Positions 47,279 through 56,621 of a stretch of 64,000 nucleotides of DNA are shown here, in pieces. Position numbers and translations under genes: made by a program. Source of the stretch: Candidatus Omnitrophota bacterium (GTDB lineage Bacteria; Omnitrophota; Gorgyraeia; Zapsychrales; Fredricksoniimonadaceae); assembly GCA_015232565.1 (NCBI GenBank), contig JADFZK010000008.1:2580-66579 (forward strand), given 5' to 3'. Positions within the stretch are counted from its first letter, which is position 1; each line of letters opens with the position of its first letter. Under the pieces are notes generated by a model, which had not been told where the DNA came from, made no database searches, and saw only the letters and a list, made by a program, of their open reading frames with translations.

Positions 47279-48188
47279 GCCCCCGAAAGTAAGGACGATA
47301 TTGTTCATATCAATGAGCAATATCGGTGATGTGATCCTGACTTTTCCGGTGTTTGACGCTTTGGCGGAAGCTTATCCCCAGGCGCTTTTCTCGGTAGTGG
47401 TCTCTCCTAAAGCCAAGTCTTTTTTTGAGGGCCACAAGAGGGTCAAAAGGGTGCATATCCTGGAGAAACAATCGGGGGTGCGGGCCAAGGTCCAGTGGCT
47501 GTCTGATTTGCGGCGGGAGAAGTTTGACCTGGTGGTGGATATGCGCAACTCCATGTTGCCGTTTCTGGTGCGTTCGCGTCGCCGTACCCGTCCGGTCCTG
47601 CTGGGTGAAAGCAACGGGCATATGCGTGACCGCCATTTGCGGCGCCTGCGGACAGCGTTGAAGAATATCCCGCTGGCGCGTGACCGCCATTCTTTATACG
47701 GAGCTAAAGGCGAGGAGCAAGCGGCCGGTCTTTTATTGCACGGCCTGAAAAATTTTGTGTTGTTAGCTCCCGGGGCGGCCGATGCCCGCAAGCAATGGAC
47801 CTCCGCAGGTTTTTCCCAGGTGATACGTTTTTTGGTAAATGATGCGCAGGTTCCGGTGGTGTTGGTTGGTGACCGTAAGGACCTCAAGTTTGCGGAGCAG
47901 GTGATGAGCTACGGTCCGGTCGGAGTCTTGAACCTTTGTGGTAAAACTTCGCTTAAAGAGCTGGCTTTTATATTAAACCAGGCTCGCCTGGCGGTGGTGA
48001 ACGATAGCGGCGTAATGCATTTAGCCAGTTATTTGGATATTCCGACCATCGCTTTGTTCGGCCCCACCGACCCGGATCTTTACGGGCCCTGGGGTAAAAA
48101 GGCTTTCTGTTTGCGCAGTCCTACGGGTCGAATGGCCGACATTGGACCGCGCATGGTTATCGATGTTATCGCCCGGGAGCTGACATGA
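47253..48188 (+). CDS. Glycosyltransferase family 9 (heptosyltransferase-like)
   Basis: ILFISMSNIGDVILTFPVFDAL and DSGVMHLASYLDIPTIALFGPTDP motifs. Confidence 0.75.
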   Translation: MMMLSRFFKPPKVRTILFISMSNIGDVILTFPVFDALAEAYPQALFSVVVSPKAKSFFEGHKRVKRVHILEKQSGVRAKVQWLSDLRREKFDLVVDMRNSMLPFLVRSRRRTRPVLLGESNGHMRDRHLRRLRTALKNIPLARDRHSLYGAKGEEQAAGLLLHGLKNFVLLAPGAADARKQWTSAGFSQVIRFLVNDAQVPVVLVGDRKDLKFAEQVMSYGPVGVLNLCGKTSLKELAFILNQARLAVVNDSGVMHLASYLDIPTIALFGPTDPDLYGPWGKKAFCLRSPTGRMADIGPRMVIDVIARELT

Positions 48189-49192
48189 CCCCGGAATTCA
48201 GGAATATTCTCGTGGTGCGCACTGACCGTATGGGGGATATGATTCTGACTATTCCCGCGATCCGCGCTTTGAAACAAAAATACCCCCGGGCCCGTCTTGT
48301 GGTTTGGGTCAGCCCCTCGACCCGCGGCCTGGTGGACGGGTTGGCTTTTATTGATGAGGTTATTGTGCAGGACCCCAGGCCTGGCTGGGCGGGATATTTA
48401 CGGATGATCCGTTTCTTGCGAAAGTGCCGCTTCGACCTGGCGGTAGTGTTTCATACCAAACAAAAAACTAATCTGGCTTGTTTCCTGGCCGGGATTCCGA
48501 TGCGTCTGGGATACCGGAACGGGAAGTGGGGTTTTTTTCTGTCCCATCCGGTTAAAGATGAACGTCATTTGGGGATCAAGCATGAGCTGGATTATTGCCT
48601 GGACCTTTTGAGAGCGGTGGGGGTGGAGAAGGCGGATCCACGTCTGGAGTTGGGCCGGGACCGGTCTGCGGAGGAATGGGCGGAGCGGTTTACGGCCGAA
48701 TTATCCGGTCCGGGGCCTTTGGTTGCGCTTCATCCGGATGCCAGCTGTCCTACCAGGCATTGGCCGGTGCCGAGTTTTGCTATTGTTGCAGCCAGACTGG
48801 CCAGTGAAATGAACGCCCGGGTGGTTATTGTTGGAGGGCCGACGACCAGTGTTTTTGCGCCTCGTATACCAGGCCGCGATCTTACCGGTCAGTTCTCATT
48901 GACGCAATTAGCCGCCTTCATTAAACGTTGTGACCTTTTGATCTCGAATGATTCCGGACCGGTACATTTGGCCGCGGCTGTTGGGACTCCGGTCATCTCA
49001 TTATTTTTGAGGAAACAACCGGGCATTAATCCCGAACGCTGGCGGCCATTAAGTGAAAAGGCCGTGCTTTTATTGAACAAACCGGGAGAAGAGATCGTGG
49101 TGGGCCCGGATAACCGGGTCATAAGCGGCCGATACGATTCCATTACTCCGGATGAGGTAATAAAAGCCGCAGCCCGTCTTCTTTGCCAGTAA
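48185..49192 (+). CDS. Glycosyltransferase family 9 (heptosyltransferase, RfaF/WaaC-like)
   Basis: NILVVRTDRMGDMILTIPAIRALK and NDSGPVHLAAAVGTPVISLF motifs. Confidence 0.75.
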   Translation: MTPEFRNILVVRTDRMGDMILTIPAIRALKQKYPRARLVVWVSPSTRGLVDGLAFIDEVIVQDPRPGWAGYLRMIRFLRKCRFDLAVVFHTKQKTNLACFLAGIPMRLGYRNGKWGFFLSHPVKDERHLGIKHELDYCLDLLRAVGVEKADPRLELGRDRSAEEWAERFTAELSGPGPLVALHPDASCPTRHWPVPSFAIVAARLASEMNARVVIVGGPTTSVFAPRIPGRDLTGQFSLTQLAAFIKRCDLLISNDSGPVHLAAAVGTPVISLFLRKQPGINPERWRPLSEKAVLLLNKPGEEIVVGPDNRVISGRYDSITPDEVIKAAARLLCQ

Positions 49193-49215
49193 GCAGTTAT
49201 TTCTTACTAGTGGAG

Positions 49216-49371
49216 TGAGTCTAACGCTTCTTTATGTTTTAAGAGAGCATTGGAAAATCGAAAATTGACCGCAATGGAGCCAAATGTTTTATTATTTCTC
49301 TATTTTCGATTGCTCCATTGCTCCAGTGTGGTGATTCAAATGTAAAGAGATATGTGAATCACCACACTAGC
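49216..49371. repeat. Right copy of inverted repeat pair (IR-R) with outer 13-bp stem-loop
   Basis: Reverse complement of 38287..38440 (about 90% identical). Stem AGTGTGGTGATTC/GAATCACCACACT at its distal end. Occupies the gap between the last GT9 gene and hldE. Confidence 0.85.
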
Positions 49372-49446
49372 CTGGCAGTAGTTTTTGACAGGCTTTTCGA
49401 ACTGTGTTACCATTAAAACTCTTTTTTCGACCAACATACTAAAACT

Positions 49447-50472
49447 ATGCCTAAATATACTAATTTAATAGCCAATTTTCGCAATTGCCATATCCTGGTG
49501 GTCGGCGACCTTATACTTGACCAATATATAAAGGGTACTGTGGACAGGATCTCTCCGGAGGCGCCGGTGCCTATTTTGCTTCAGCAGGAGGAATTCTATA
49601 CTCCGGGCGGGGCGGCCAATGTGGCCAATAATCTGAGCAGTCTGGGAGCTAAAGTTACGGTGGTTGGCCGTATAGGGCCGGACCTGGAAGGGGAATTACT
49701 TAAGCGGGTGCTCAAAGAACGTAAGATCCGTACGGCGGGTATAATGTCGGATAGCCGGGTACACACTATTCTTAAAACTCGAGTAGTTGCGCATCAACAG
49801 CAAGTAGTGCGTATTGACCGTGAGAAAGTGGTCGACGATTCTGATGGCTGGTTCTATGACGAAAAGATAGCGCCATTTATCCATAAACATTTTGCGGACC
49901 TGGACGGGGTGATAATCTCCGATTATGGCAAAGGAATTGTTCAGCCCCCTCTGGTGGATGATCTTACAGCCCTGGCCCGCCAGGCCGGGATACCTATTGT
50001 TGTTGACCCCAAGGTTGAGCATTTAAAGTTTTACGGCCCGGTGACGTCAATTACTCCGAATCGCAAGGAGGCCGAGAACGCCTTACGCAGTCTGGAACCG
50101 GATACGCGCAAAGCTTTTGGGATTACCCAGGTTCGGCTGGATTCTCTCGACGCGGTTAAAAAAGCTGGAGTTGGCCTTTTGAATTATTTAGGCATTGCTT
50201 CGCTTTTGATCACGCTTGGGGAAGACGGCATGTGCTTGTTCGAGGAAGGGAAAGTGCCGCTGCATATTCCAACCCGGGCCCAGGAGGTTTTTGATGTTTC
50301 GGGGGCGGGTGACACCGTGATCGCGGTTTTTGCCCTGGCCCTGGCGGCCGGAGCCAGGAAAATGGATGCCGCCGATATTGCCAATCATGCCGCAGGAATA
50401 GTGGTGGCCAAGATCGGCGCCGCTTCGGTCACTATCGCCGAGTTGGCAGATTCTTTAAGGGAGCCGGCATGA
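49447..50472 (+). CDS. hldE: D-glycero-beta-D-manno-heptose-7-phosphate kinase (HldE/RfaE domain I only, PfkB family)
   Basis: ILVVGDLILDQY..G...R.SPEAPVP N-terminal signature of RfaE domain I. C-terminal GAGDT motif. 341 aa, so no adenylyltransferase domain II. Confidence 0.8.
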   Translation: MPKYTNLIANFRNCHILVVGDLILDQYIKGTVDRISPEAPVPILLQQEEFYTPGGAANVANNLSSLGAKVTVVGRIGPDLEGELLKRVLKERKIRTAGIMSDSRVHTILKTRVVAHQQQVVRIDREKVVDDSDGWFYDEKIAPFIHKHFADLDGVIISDYGKGIVQPPLVDDLTALARQAGIPIVVDPKVEHLKFYGPVTSITPNRKEAENALRSLEPDTRKAFGITQVRLDSLDAVKKAGVGLLNYLGIASLLITLGEDGMCLFEEGKVPLHIPTRAQEVFDVSGAGDTVIAVFALALAAGARKMDAADIANHAAGIVVAKIGAASVTIAELADSLREPA

Positions 50473-51209
50473 AAGCGGTCGGGGTTATTCCCGCGCGCTG
50501 GGCATCAACCCGTTTACCGGGCAAGATCTTGTCGGATATTGGCGGCAAGCCCATGCTCCAGCATGTTTGGGAAAGAGCCAAAAGGGCTTTGGAATTGGCG
50601 GAGGTCATAGTGGCTTGCGATGAACAAGCGGTGCTGACAGTGGCCCGGTCTTTTGGCGCGACCGCTGTTATGACGCGGGCCGACCATCCTTCCGGATCCG
50701 ACCGGGTGGCGGAAGCGGTGGCGAATTATGCGGCGGACATTGTGGTGAATATTCAGGGGGATGAGCCTTTTATTGAGCCGGGCCTGATCGATGCTTTGGT
50801 GTCTGCCCTGCGGAAGGATCCGGTCCCGGTAATGGCGACGGTTATAAAAGCGGTCACTGGCCAGGCGGACCTGGTTAATCCTAATATTGTTAAGGTCGTT
50901 ATCGACAAAGACCATAACGCTTTATATTTTTCGCGGGCAGCGATACCGTACCATCGGGATGGTGAGGTGAGTGATTATTCCCGTTATTTCCGGCATCTGG
51001 GTATTTATGCTTACCGTAGTGAATTCCTGAAGGCTTTGTGCCGATGGCCCAAATCTTTCCTGGAACAGGAAGAATGTTTGGAGCAGTTGAGGGTGTTGGA
51101 ACAGGGTTATAAGATCAAAACAGTCCGTACAGAAACCGATACGATCGGGGTTGATACCCCCGAAGATTTGATGAAGGCTCGAGAATATTATGAAAAAACA
51201 CGTCGTTAA
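50469..51209 (+). CDS. kdsB: 3-deoxy-manno-octulosonate cytidylyltransferase (CMP-Kdo synthetase)
   Basis: MKAVGVIPARWASTRLPGK and NIQGDEP motifs. Confidence 0.85.
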   Translation: MKAVGVIPARWASTRLPGKILSDIGGKPMLQHVWERAKRALELAEVIVACDEQAVLTVARSFGATAVMTRADHPSGSDRVAEAVANYAADIVVNIQGDEPFIEPGLIDALVSALRKDPVPVMATVIKAVTGQADLVNPNIVKVVIDKDHNALYFSRAAIPYHRDGEVSDYSRYFRHLGIYAYRSEFLKALCRWPKSFLEQEECLEQLRVLEQGYKIKTVRTETDTIGVDTPEDLMKAREYYEKTRR

Positions 51210-52020
51210 CGTTAATGGCATAAAGATTGGCGCTGGTAATCCGTTTGTCCTGATCGCCGGACCTTGTGTTATTGAGAGCCGCAAAACCACGCTTAAGATG
51301 GCGGGGGATATTGTTAATATTGCCCGGGATCTGGGTATCCCTTTTGTTTTCAAGGCCAGCTATGATAAGGCTAATCGCACGTCGGTTGATTCTTTTCGCG
51401 GCCCGGGAATAAACGAAGGTCTGGATATTTTGCTCGAGGTTAAGGAAAAGTTCAGGGTTCCGATCTTAAGTGATGTTCATGACATTTCCCAGATCAGCGC
51501 GGCCGCCAAAGTTTTGGATATTATCCAGATCCCGGCGTTTTTGTGCCGGCAGACCGATCTCCTGGTGGCGGCGGCCCGAACCGGGAAAGTGGTTAACGTA
51601 AAGAAGGGGCAGTTCCTGGCTCCCTGGGATATGCGGGCGCTGGTCCGTAAGCTGGAAAGTACGGGCAACAGGCGCATATTGTTGACCGAGCGCGGGGTTT
51701 CTTTCGGTTACAATAACCTGGTTACGGATTTTACGGCTTTTCAGATCATGAAGGATACTGGTTATCCGGTAGTTTATGACGTAACACATAGTGTGCAACA
51801 GCCCGGAGGTTTGGGCGACAAGACTGGCGGCCGCAGTGAGTTTATCCCTTTACTGGCGCGTTGCGGGGTGGCGGCCGGTCTGGATGCGGTTTTTATGGAG
51901 ACCCATACCGATCCGGCAAAATCACTTTCGGATGGGCCGAATATGCTCGCGATCGCGAAACTTCGTCCAGTGCTGGAAGTAATGGTTAAGATCGACCGTA
52001 TAGTTAAAGGATTGAAATAA
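51190..52020 (+). CDS. kdsA: 2-dehydro-3-deoxyphosphooctonate aldolase (Kdo8P synthase)
   Basis: DAHC-synthase-like TIM-barrel motifs. Context kdsB-kdsA-kdsD-kdsC. Confidence 0.85.
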   Translation: MKKHVVNVNGIKIGAGNPFVLIAGPCVIESRKTTLKMAGDIVNIARDLGIPFVFKASYDKANRTSVDSFRGPGINEGLDILLEVKEKFRVPILSDVHDISQISAAAKVLDIIQIPAFLCRQTDLLVAAARTGKVVNVKKGQFLAPWDMRALVRKLESTGNRRILLTERGVSFGYNNLVTDFTAFQIMKDTGYPVVYDVTHSVQQPGGLGDKTGGRSEFIPLLARCGVAAGLDAVFMETHTDPAKSLSDGPNMLAIAKLRPVLEVMVKIDRIVKGLK

Positions 52021-52982
52021 TGGTCTTAAAAAGAGCCAAAGAAGTCCTCGAGATCGAAGCGCAGGCCGTTAAAGCCCTGATCGGGAATCTTGACGATAAT
52101 TTTACCCGTGCGGTTGATATTATGGCGGTTTGCAAGGGGCGGGTGGTGGTGGCGGGTATGGGCAAGACGGGGATCGTGGCCCGGAAGATCTCGGCCACAT
52201 TGTCTTCCACCGGGACTCCCAGTATCTATATGCATAGCGCGGAAGCGGTGCACGGTGACCTGGGGCAGGTAACCCGCGCCGACGTGATTATTCTTATTTC
52301 CTCCAGCGGTGAGACCGAGGAGACGGTGCGTCTTTTGCCGCTTTTAAAGAAGATCGGCTGTAAAACTGTGGCCCTGACCGGGGGGATGTCTTCGGCTTTG
52401 TCCAAATATTGCGACCTGGTGATCAATGTCGGCGTGGCCAAAGAAGGCTGTCCTTTGGGCCTGGCTCCCATGGCATCGACTACGGCTACTTTGGCGATGG
52501 GGGATGCCCTGGCCGCTTGCTTGATAGACCGCAAGAATTTCAAGCGGGAAGATTTTGCTTTTTTTCATCCTGGTGGAAGTCTGGGCCGGCGTTTGTTATT
52601 GACGGTTGAGGATATTATGCGCCAGGGTAATAATTTCGCCCAGGTTCCCGAGGGCATGCTGGTGAAGGACGTCTTGCTGGCCATTACCCGGGCCCGTTGT
52701 GGCTCGGCTTGTGTGTTGAATAATAAAAATATATTCACCGGGATCTTTACCGACGGAGATTTGCGTCGGCATATTGAGGAAGATACCCGGGTGCTGAATC
52801 GTCCGGTGGTTGAAGTAATGACCAAAGGTCCGCTTACTATCCAGAATGACCGCCTGGCGGCGGAAGCGTTTGATATCCTGATGTCCAAGAAAGTGGATGA
52901 GCTGCCGGTGGTGGACAAGAAAGGGCGCTTGGTGGGTTTGCTGGATTTTCAGGACCTTTTGAAAGCAGGCCTGGCCCGATGA
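52020..52982 (+). CDS. kdsD: Arabinose-5-phosphate isomerase (SIS + tandem CBS)
   Basis: SIS motif VVVAGMGKTGIVARKI..S. C-terminal CBS pair. 320 aa. Confidence 0.85.
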   Translation: MVLKRAKEVLEIEAQAVKALIGNLDDNFTRAVDIMAVCKGRVVVAGMGKTGIVARKISATLSSTGTPSIYMHSAEAVHGDLGQVTRADVIILISSSGETEETVRLLPLLKKIGCKTVALTGGMSSALSKYCDLVINVGVAKEGCPLGLAPMASTTATLAMGDALAACLIDRKNFKREDFAFFHPGGSLGRRLLLTVEDIMRQGNNFAQVPEGMLVKDVLLAITRARCGSACVLNNKNIFTGIFTDGDLRRHIEEDTRVLNRPVVEVMTKGPLTIQNDRLAAEAFDILMSKKVDELPVVDKKGRLVGLLDFQDLLKAGLAR

Positions 52983-53476
52983 AAAACAAATTAAAGGACA
53001 TCAAGGTTTTAGCGATGGATGTGGACGGGGTGCTGACCGACGGCCGTATTATTTACGATGGACTGGGTCGGGAGCTTAAGTTCTTCGATGTTCAGGACGG
53101 TTGCGGCATTAACCGGGCCCGTAAGGCCGGGCTGAAGACCGCTGTAATTTCGGCCCGCAGTTGCCGGGCGGTTAAGGCGCGTACTACGGACCTTAAGATC
53201 GACGCAGTTTACCTGGATGCTTACCCCAAGCTCGGAGCTTACGAAAAGATGTTAAAGAAGTTCGGGGTTACTGATTCAGCGGTGTGTTTTATCGGCGATG
53301 ACCTGCCGGATATTGCGATATTAAAACGTGTTGGCCTGGCGGTAGCCGTAGCCAATGCTTGTGCGGATGTAAAGGCCCAGGCCGACCTGGTGACCAGGAA
53401 GCCGGGCGGCCGCGGCGCGGTGCGCGAAGTGGCCGAGATGATATTAAAAGCCCAGGGGAAATGGCAACCGGAATGA
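52979..53476 (+). CDS. kdsC: Kdo 8-phosphate phosphatase (HAD superfamily, subfamily IIIA)
   Basis: LAMDVDGVLTDG (HAD motif I) and GDDLPD (motif IV). 165 aa. Confidence 0.85.
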   Translation: MKNKLKDIKVLAMDVDGVLTDGRIIYDGLGRELKFFDVQDGCGINRARKAGLKTAVISARSCRAVKARTTDLKIDAVYLDAYPKLGAYEKMLKKFGVTDSAVCFIGDDLPDIAILKRVGLAVAVANACADVKAQADLVTRKPGGRGAVREVAEMILKAQGKWQPE

Positions 53477-54303
53477 TAATTCGTTTAATCCTGACTCTTA
53501 TTCTTTTTATCCAGGGTTTTCCGGTCTTTGCGGAGGCGCCGGAAATATCTCAGAAAATAGAGGGTTTCAATTTGGAGGGCTATGCCGAGAACGGGGATAA
53601 GTCCTGGGATCTTAAGGGGGATAAGGCCGACATTGTGGGTAATAAAGTCGCTGTTTCAAATGTGAACGCCAATTCGTACGGCCAGGAAGATATGAACCTA
53701 ACCGCTAAACGCGGCACGATAAATAAAGCTACCGGGGATGTGAATCTGCAACAGGATGTGGTGATCACCGCCGAGCGCGGTGCGGTCATGAAAACCGATA
53801 CTTTGGAATGGTCCCGGCAAAAAGACCTGGTACAGACCGATGACCCGGTTACGATCGAGGACAAATCAATGCGGGTCCAGGGCATTGGCCTGGAGGCTCA
53901 TCCCAGCATGAAGGACGCCACTCTAAAAAGCGATGTTATGGCCGATATCCAGGCCGAGAGCGGTACTAATAAGAACAATCGTATCCAGATCACTTCCGAC
54001 GGCCCTATGGAGCTGGACCAGGCCACTATGACCGCGGTGTTCACGGTAAATGTGGTGGCGATCGAACCGGCCAGCGGCCGTCGGTTAAAAGCCGACCGGA
54101 TGGAGGTGCTTTTTGACGATCAGACCAAGAAGATCAAGGAAATAACCTGTACGGGCAATGTAGAAGTACAGCAGGAGAACAATATTACCCGTTCGGAAAG
54201 CATGGTTTACAAAGCGGATGAGCAGAGGATGGTTTTGACCGGCCGCCCGAAGCTCATAATTGATCCCGGTGATAATAACGCCAAGGGCGCGTTCAAATTT
54301 TAA
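53461..54303 (+). CDS. LptC/LptA (OstA-like) family periplasmic LPS-transport protein, possibly fused LptC-LptA
   Basis: N-terminal TM/signal (MIIRLILTLILFIQGFPVFA) then two OstA-like beta-jellyroll-looking halves. ORF-track start 53359 trimmed to Met 53461, overlapping the kdsC stop. Directly upstream of lptB. Confidence 0.55.
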   Translation: MATGMIIRLILTLILFIQGFPVFAEAPEISQKIEGFNLEGYAENGDKSWDLKGDKADIVGNKVAVSNVNANSYGQEDMNLTAKRGTINKATGDVNLQQDVVITAERGAVMKTDTLEWSRQKDLVQTDDPVTIEDKSMRVQGIGLEAHPSMKDATLKSDVMADIQAESGTNKNNRIQITSDGPMELDQATMTAVFTVNVVAIEPASGRRLKADRMEVLFDDQTKKIKEITCTGNVEVQQENNITRSESMVYKADEQRMVLTGRPKLIIDPGDNNAKGAFKF

Positions 54304-54311
54304 AGAGACCT

Positions 54312-55034
54312 ATGGACCTGTTGGAAGTAAAAGACCTGGTTAAGATTTATAACGGCCGTTCGGTGGTTAACGGCTTGAGCCTGACTGTCGGGCGGTCCGA
54401 GATCGTAGGGTTGCTGGGGCCTAATGGCGCGGGCAAGACTACTTCCTTTTATATGGCAGTCGGGATCGTTAAGCCGGATCGCGGCAGTATTTTTTTTGAT
54501 CAGGAGGATATTACTGTTCAGCCGATCCATGAACGTTGCCGCCTGGGCATGGGCTATTTGGCCCAGGAGCCTTCGATCTTTCGCAAGTTGACGGTGGAAG
54601 AGAATATTATGGCGGTACTGGAAACCCTGGATATCGGATTGCGCGAGAGGCGGCGCCGGTTGGAGTCCTTGTTGGAGGAATTGAATATATCGCATTTGGC
54701 CCGGAGCAAGGCTTATACCTTGTCTGGCGGTGAACGCCGCCGGCTGGAGATTACCCGTGCCCTGGTTACCAATCCCTCATTTTTGCTTTTGGATGAACCT
54801 TTCTCCGGCATAGACCCGATCGTGGTGGCCGAAGCGCAAGAAATAATCAAAGACTTGAAAAAAAAGGGTTTGGGTATATTATTAACTGACCATAATGTGC
54901 GCGAAACGCTTTCTATCGTCGACAGGGCCTATCTGGTGGCGGAAGGACGCATAATGATAGCCGGTTCTGCACAGGACCTTATAAATGATCCCAAGGCCCG
55001 GAAAGTATATCTGGGTGAGAAGTTCACAATGTAA
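54312..55034 (+). CDS. lptB: LPS export ABC transporter ATP-binding protein
   Basis: Walker A GPNGAGKTT, signature LSGGERRRLEI, Walker B LLLDEPFSGIDP. 240 aa. Confidence 0.85.
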   Translation: MDLLEVKDLVKIYNGRSVVNGLSLTVGRSEIVGLLGPNGAGKTTSFYMAVGIVKPDRGSIFFDQEDITVQPIHERCRLGMGYLAQEPSIFRKLTVEENIMAVLETLDIGLRERRRRLESLLEELNISHLARSKAYTLSGGERRRLEITRALVTNPSFLLLDEPFSGIDPIVVAEAQEIIKDLKKKGLGILLTDHNVRETLSIVDRAYLVAEGRIMIAGSAQDLINDPKARKVYLGEKFTM

Positions 55035-55079
55035 TGCCGCGGATCGGTATTCGCCGGTAATTATTTCAAAAAAAAGGAG

Positions 55080-55982
55080 ATGTGGTTCATGAAAGTATCT
55101 GTTAAGAAAGTTGATGCGCTCAGGCGGGAAATGAGCTTTGAAGTTCCTAAGGAGCGGGTGGCGGCCCGGACCAGTGAAGTCCTTTCCGATATTGTGAAGC
55201 ATGCCAAATTGCCCGGATTTCGCCCGGGTAAGGCCCCCAGGAGCATGGTGGAGGCCGCGCATGGCAAGACTGCCAATGAAGAAATGCTCAAGAGCTTGAT
55301 ACCTGAAGTGTATCAGGAGGGTTTGAAATCAGAGAAACTCGATCCTATTGATTTTCCGTCCATTGATGAGGTTAATGTTAAAGATGGCGCCCTGACTTTT
55401 CGCGCTACCATTGATATTCGCCCTGAGTTTGAGGTTAAGGATTACAAAGGTATAAAGCTGTCCCGAAAAAGTTCCGAGGTCTCCGAGGAAGAATTGACCA
55501 AATCCCTGGATTTCTTTAAAAAAGGCCGCGGGTTGGACGAAAGTGTTGTTCTGGATGATGCGTTTGCCAAAAGCGTCGGCTTCCCCACTTTGGAGGAATT
55601 CAAGAAAGCTTTGAAGAGTAATCTGGAATATGATAAAGCCCGCCATAACAGTGCTGAGGTGGAGAATCAATTGATCGATGAACTCCTAAAGAAGTTTCCG
55701 GTGGATGCGCCGCGTTCGCTGGTGGATCGTCAGCTTTATGGCCGGGTAGAGGAATTCCGGCGCCGGTTAAAGCAGTACGGGGCCAAAGAAGACGCTATCG
55801 ATAAAAAAGTCGAAGAATCAATGAAGGAGATCCAGGAAGCCGCGGGCAAGGATGTCAAATCGTTCCTTATTCTGCAAAAGATCGCCTTGAAAGAGAATCT
55901 CACGGCCGAGAAAGAAGAGAACCTTACGGTGAAAGTGGTGCAGTTTCTGATGAAGGAAGCTAAATGGGAGGACGTGAAATGA
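55080..55982 (+). CDS. tig: Trigger factor lacking the central FKBP-type PPIase domain
   Basis: N-terminal ribosome-binding signature (VPKERV.....EVL....[18 protein letters not shown]). C-terminal arm domain follows directly. Only 300 aa versus about 430 for canonical TF. Confidence 0.7.
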   Translation: MWFMKVSVKKVDALRREMSFEVPKERVAARTSEVLSDIVKHAKLPGFRPGKAPRSMVEAAHGKTANEEMLKSLIPEVYQEGLKSEKLDPIDFPSIDEVNVKDGALTFRATIDIRPEFEVKDYKGIKLSRKSSEVSEEELTKSLDFFKKGRGLDESVVLDDAFAKSVGFPTLEEFKKALKSNLEYDKARHNSAEVENQLIDELLKKFPVDAPRSLVDRQLYGRVEEFRRRLKQYGAKEDAIDKKVEESMKEIQEAAGKDVKSFLILQKIALKENLTAEKEENLTVKVVQFLMKEAKWEDVK

Positions 55983-56590
55983 TGGTTAGAGCGAATCTGG
56001 TCCCGATGGTGGTCGAGAACACAGGGCACGCCGAGCGCGCGTACGATATCTTTTCCCGTCTCTTAAAAGACCGGATCATCTTTTTGGGATCCGCTATCGA
56101 TGATGTGGTCGCCAATCTGGTGGTGGCGCAATTATTGTTCCTGCAGTCGGAAGATTCCGAGAAAGATATCAGCATTTACATTAATTCACCCGGTGGATCG
56201 GTGACCGCGGGGTTGGCTATTTATGATACTATCCAGTTCGTCAAGCCCAAGGTGAGCACTTTTTGCATGGGCCAGGCGGCAAGTATGGGCGCAGTCCTGC
56301 TTACTGCCGGGGCTACGGGCAAGCGTTTTGCCCTGCCGAATGCCCGGATCATGATCCATCAACCCTGGGGCGGCGCGGAAGGCACGGCCAGCGACATTTC
56401 TATTCAGGCTCAGGAGATCCTGCGCATGAAGCAGAATTTGTCGGCCATAATTGCCAAGCATTGCAATCAACCGCTGGAAAAGGTTTTGAAAGATTCCGAT
56501 CGCGATTTCTTTATGTCTTCCGCCGAAGCCAAGGAGTATGGCCTGGTGGACGAAGTTATAGCGTCATTACCGGTTAAGCCACAATCTTAA
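55979..56590 (+). CDS. clpP: ATP-dependent Clp protease proteolytic subunit
   Basis: Catalytic Ser in GQAASMGA, His in MIHQP. tig-clpP synteny. Confidence 0.9.
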   Translation: MMVRANLVPMVVENTGHAERAYDIFSRLLKDRIIFLGSAIDDVVANLVVAQLLFLQSEDSEKDISIYINSPGGSVTAGLAIYDTIQFVKPKVSTFCMGQAASMGAVLLTAGATGKRFALPNARIMIHQPWGGAEGTASDISIQAQEILRMKQNLSAIIAKHCNQPLEKVLKDSDRDFFMSSAEAKEYGLVDEVIASLPVKPQS

Positions 56591-56621
56591 ACTTGAATAT
56601 CTTTGCAAGTCAGGAAGGAAT

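Noticed and set aside
37429-49371. Recombinase plus repeats considered as an integron or integrative element
   Set aside because: The recombinase is XerC/CodV-like (in topA synteny) not IntI-like. There are no attC-type cassettes or a direct-repeat att duplication. The content is core LPS biosynthesis. Only the inversion or dispersed-repeat readings were retained.
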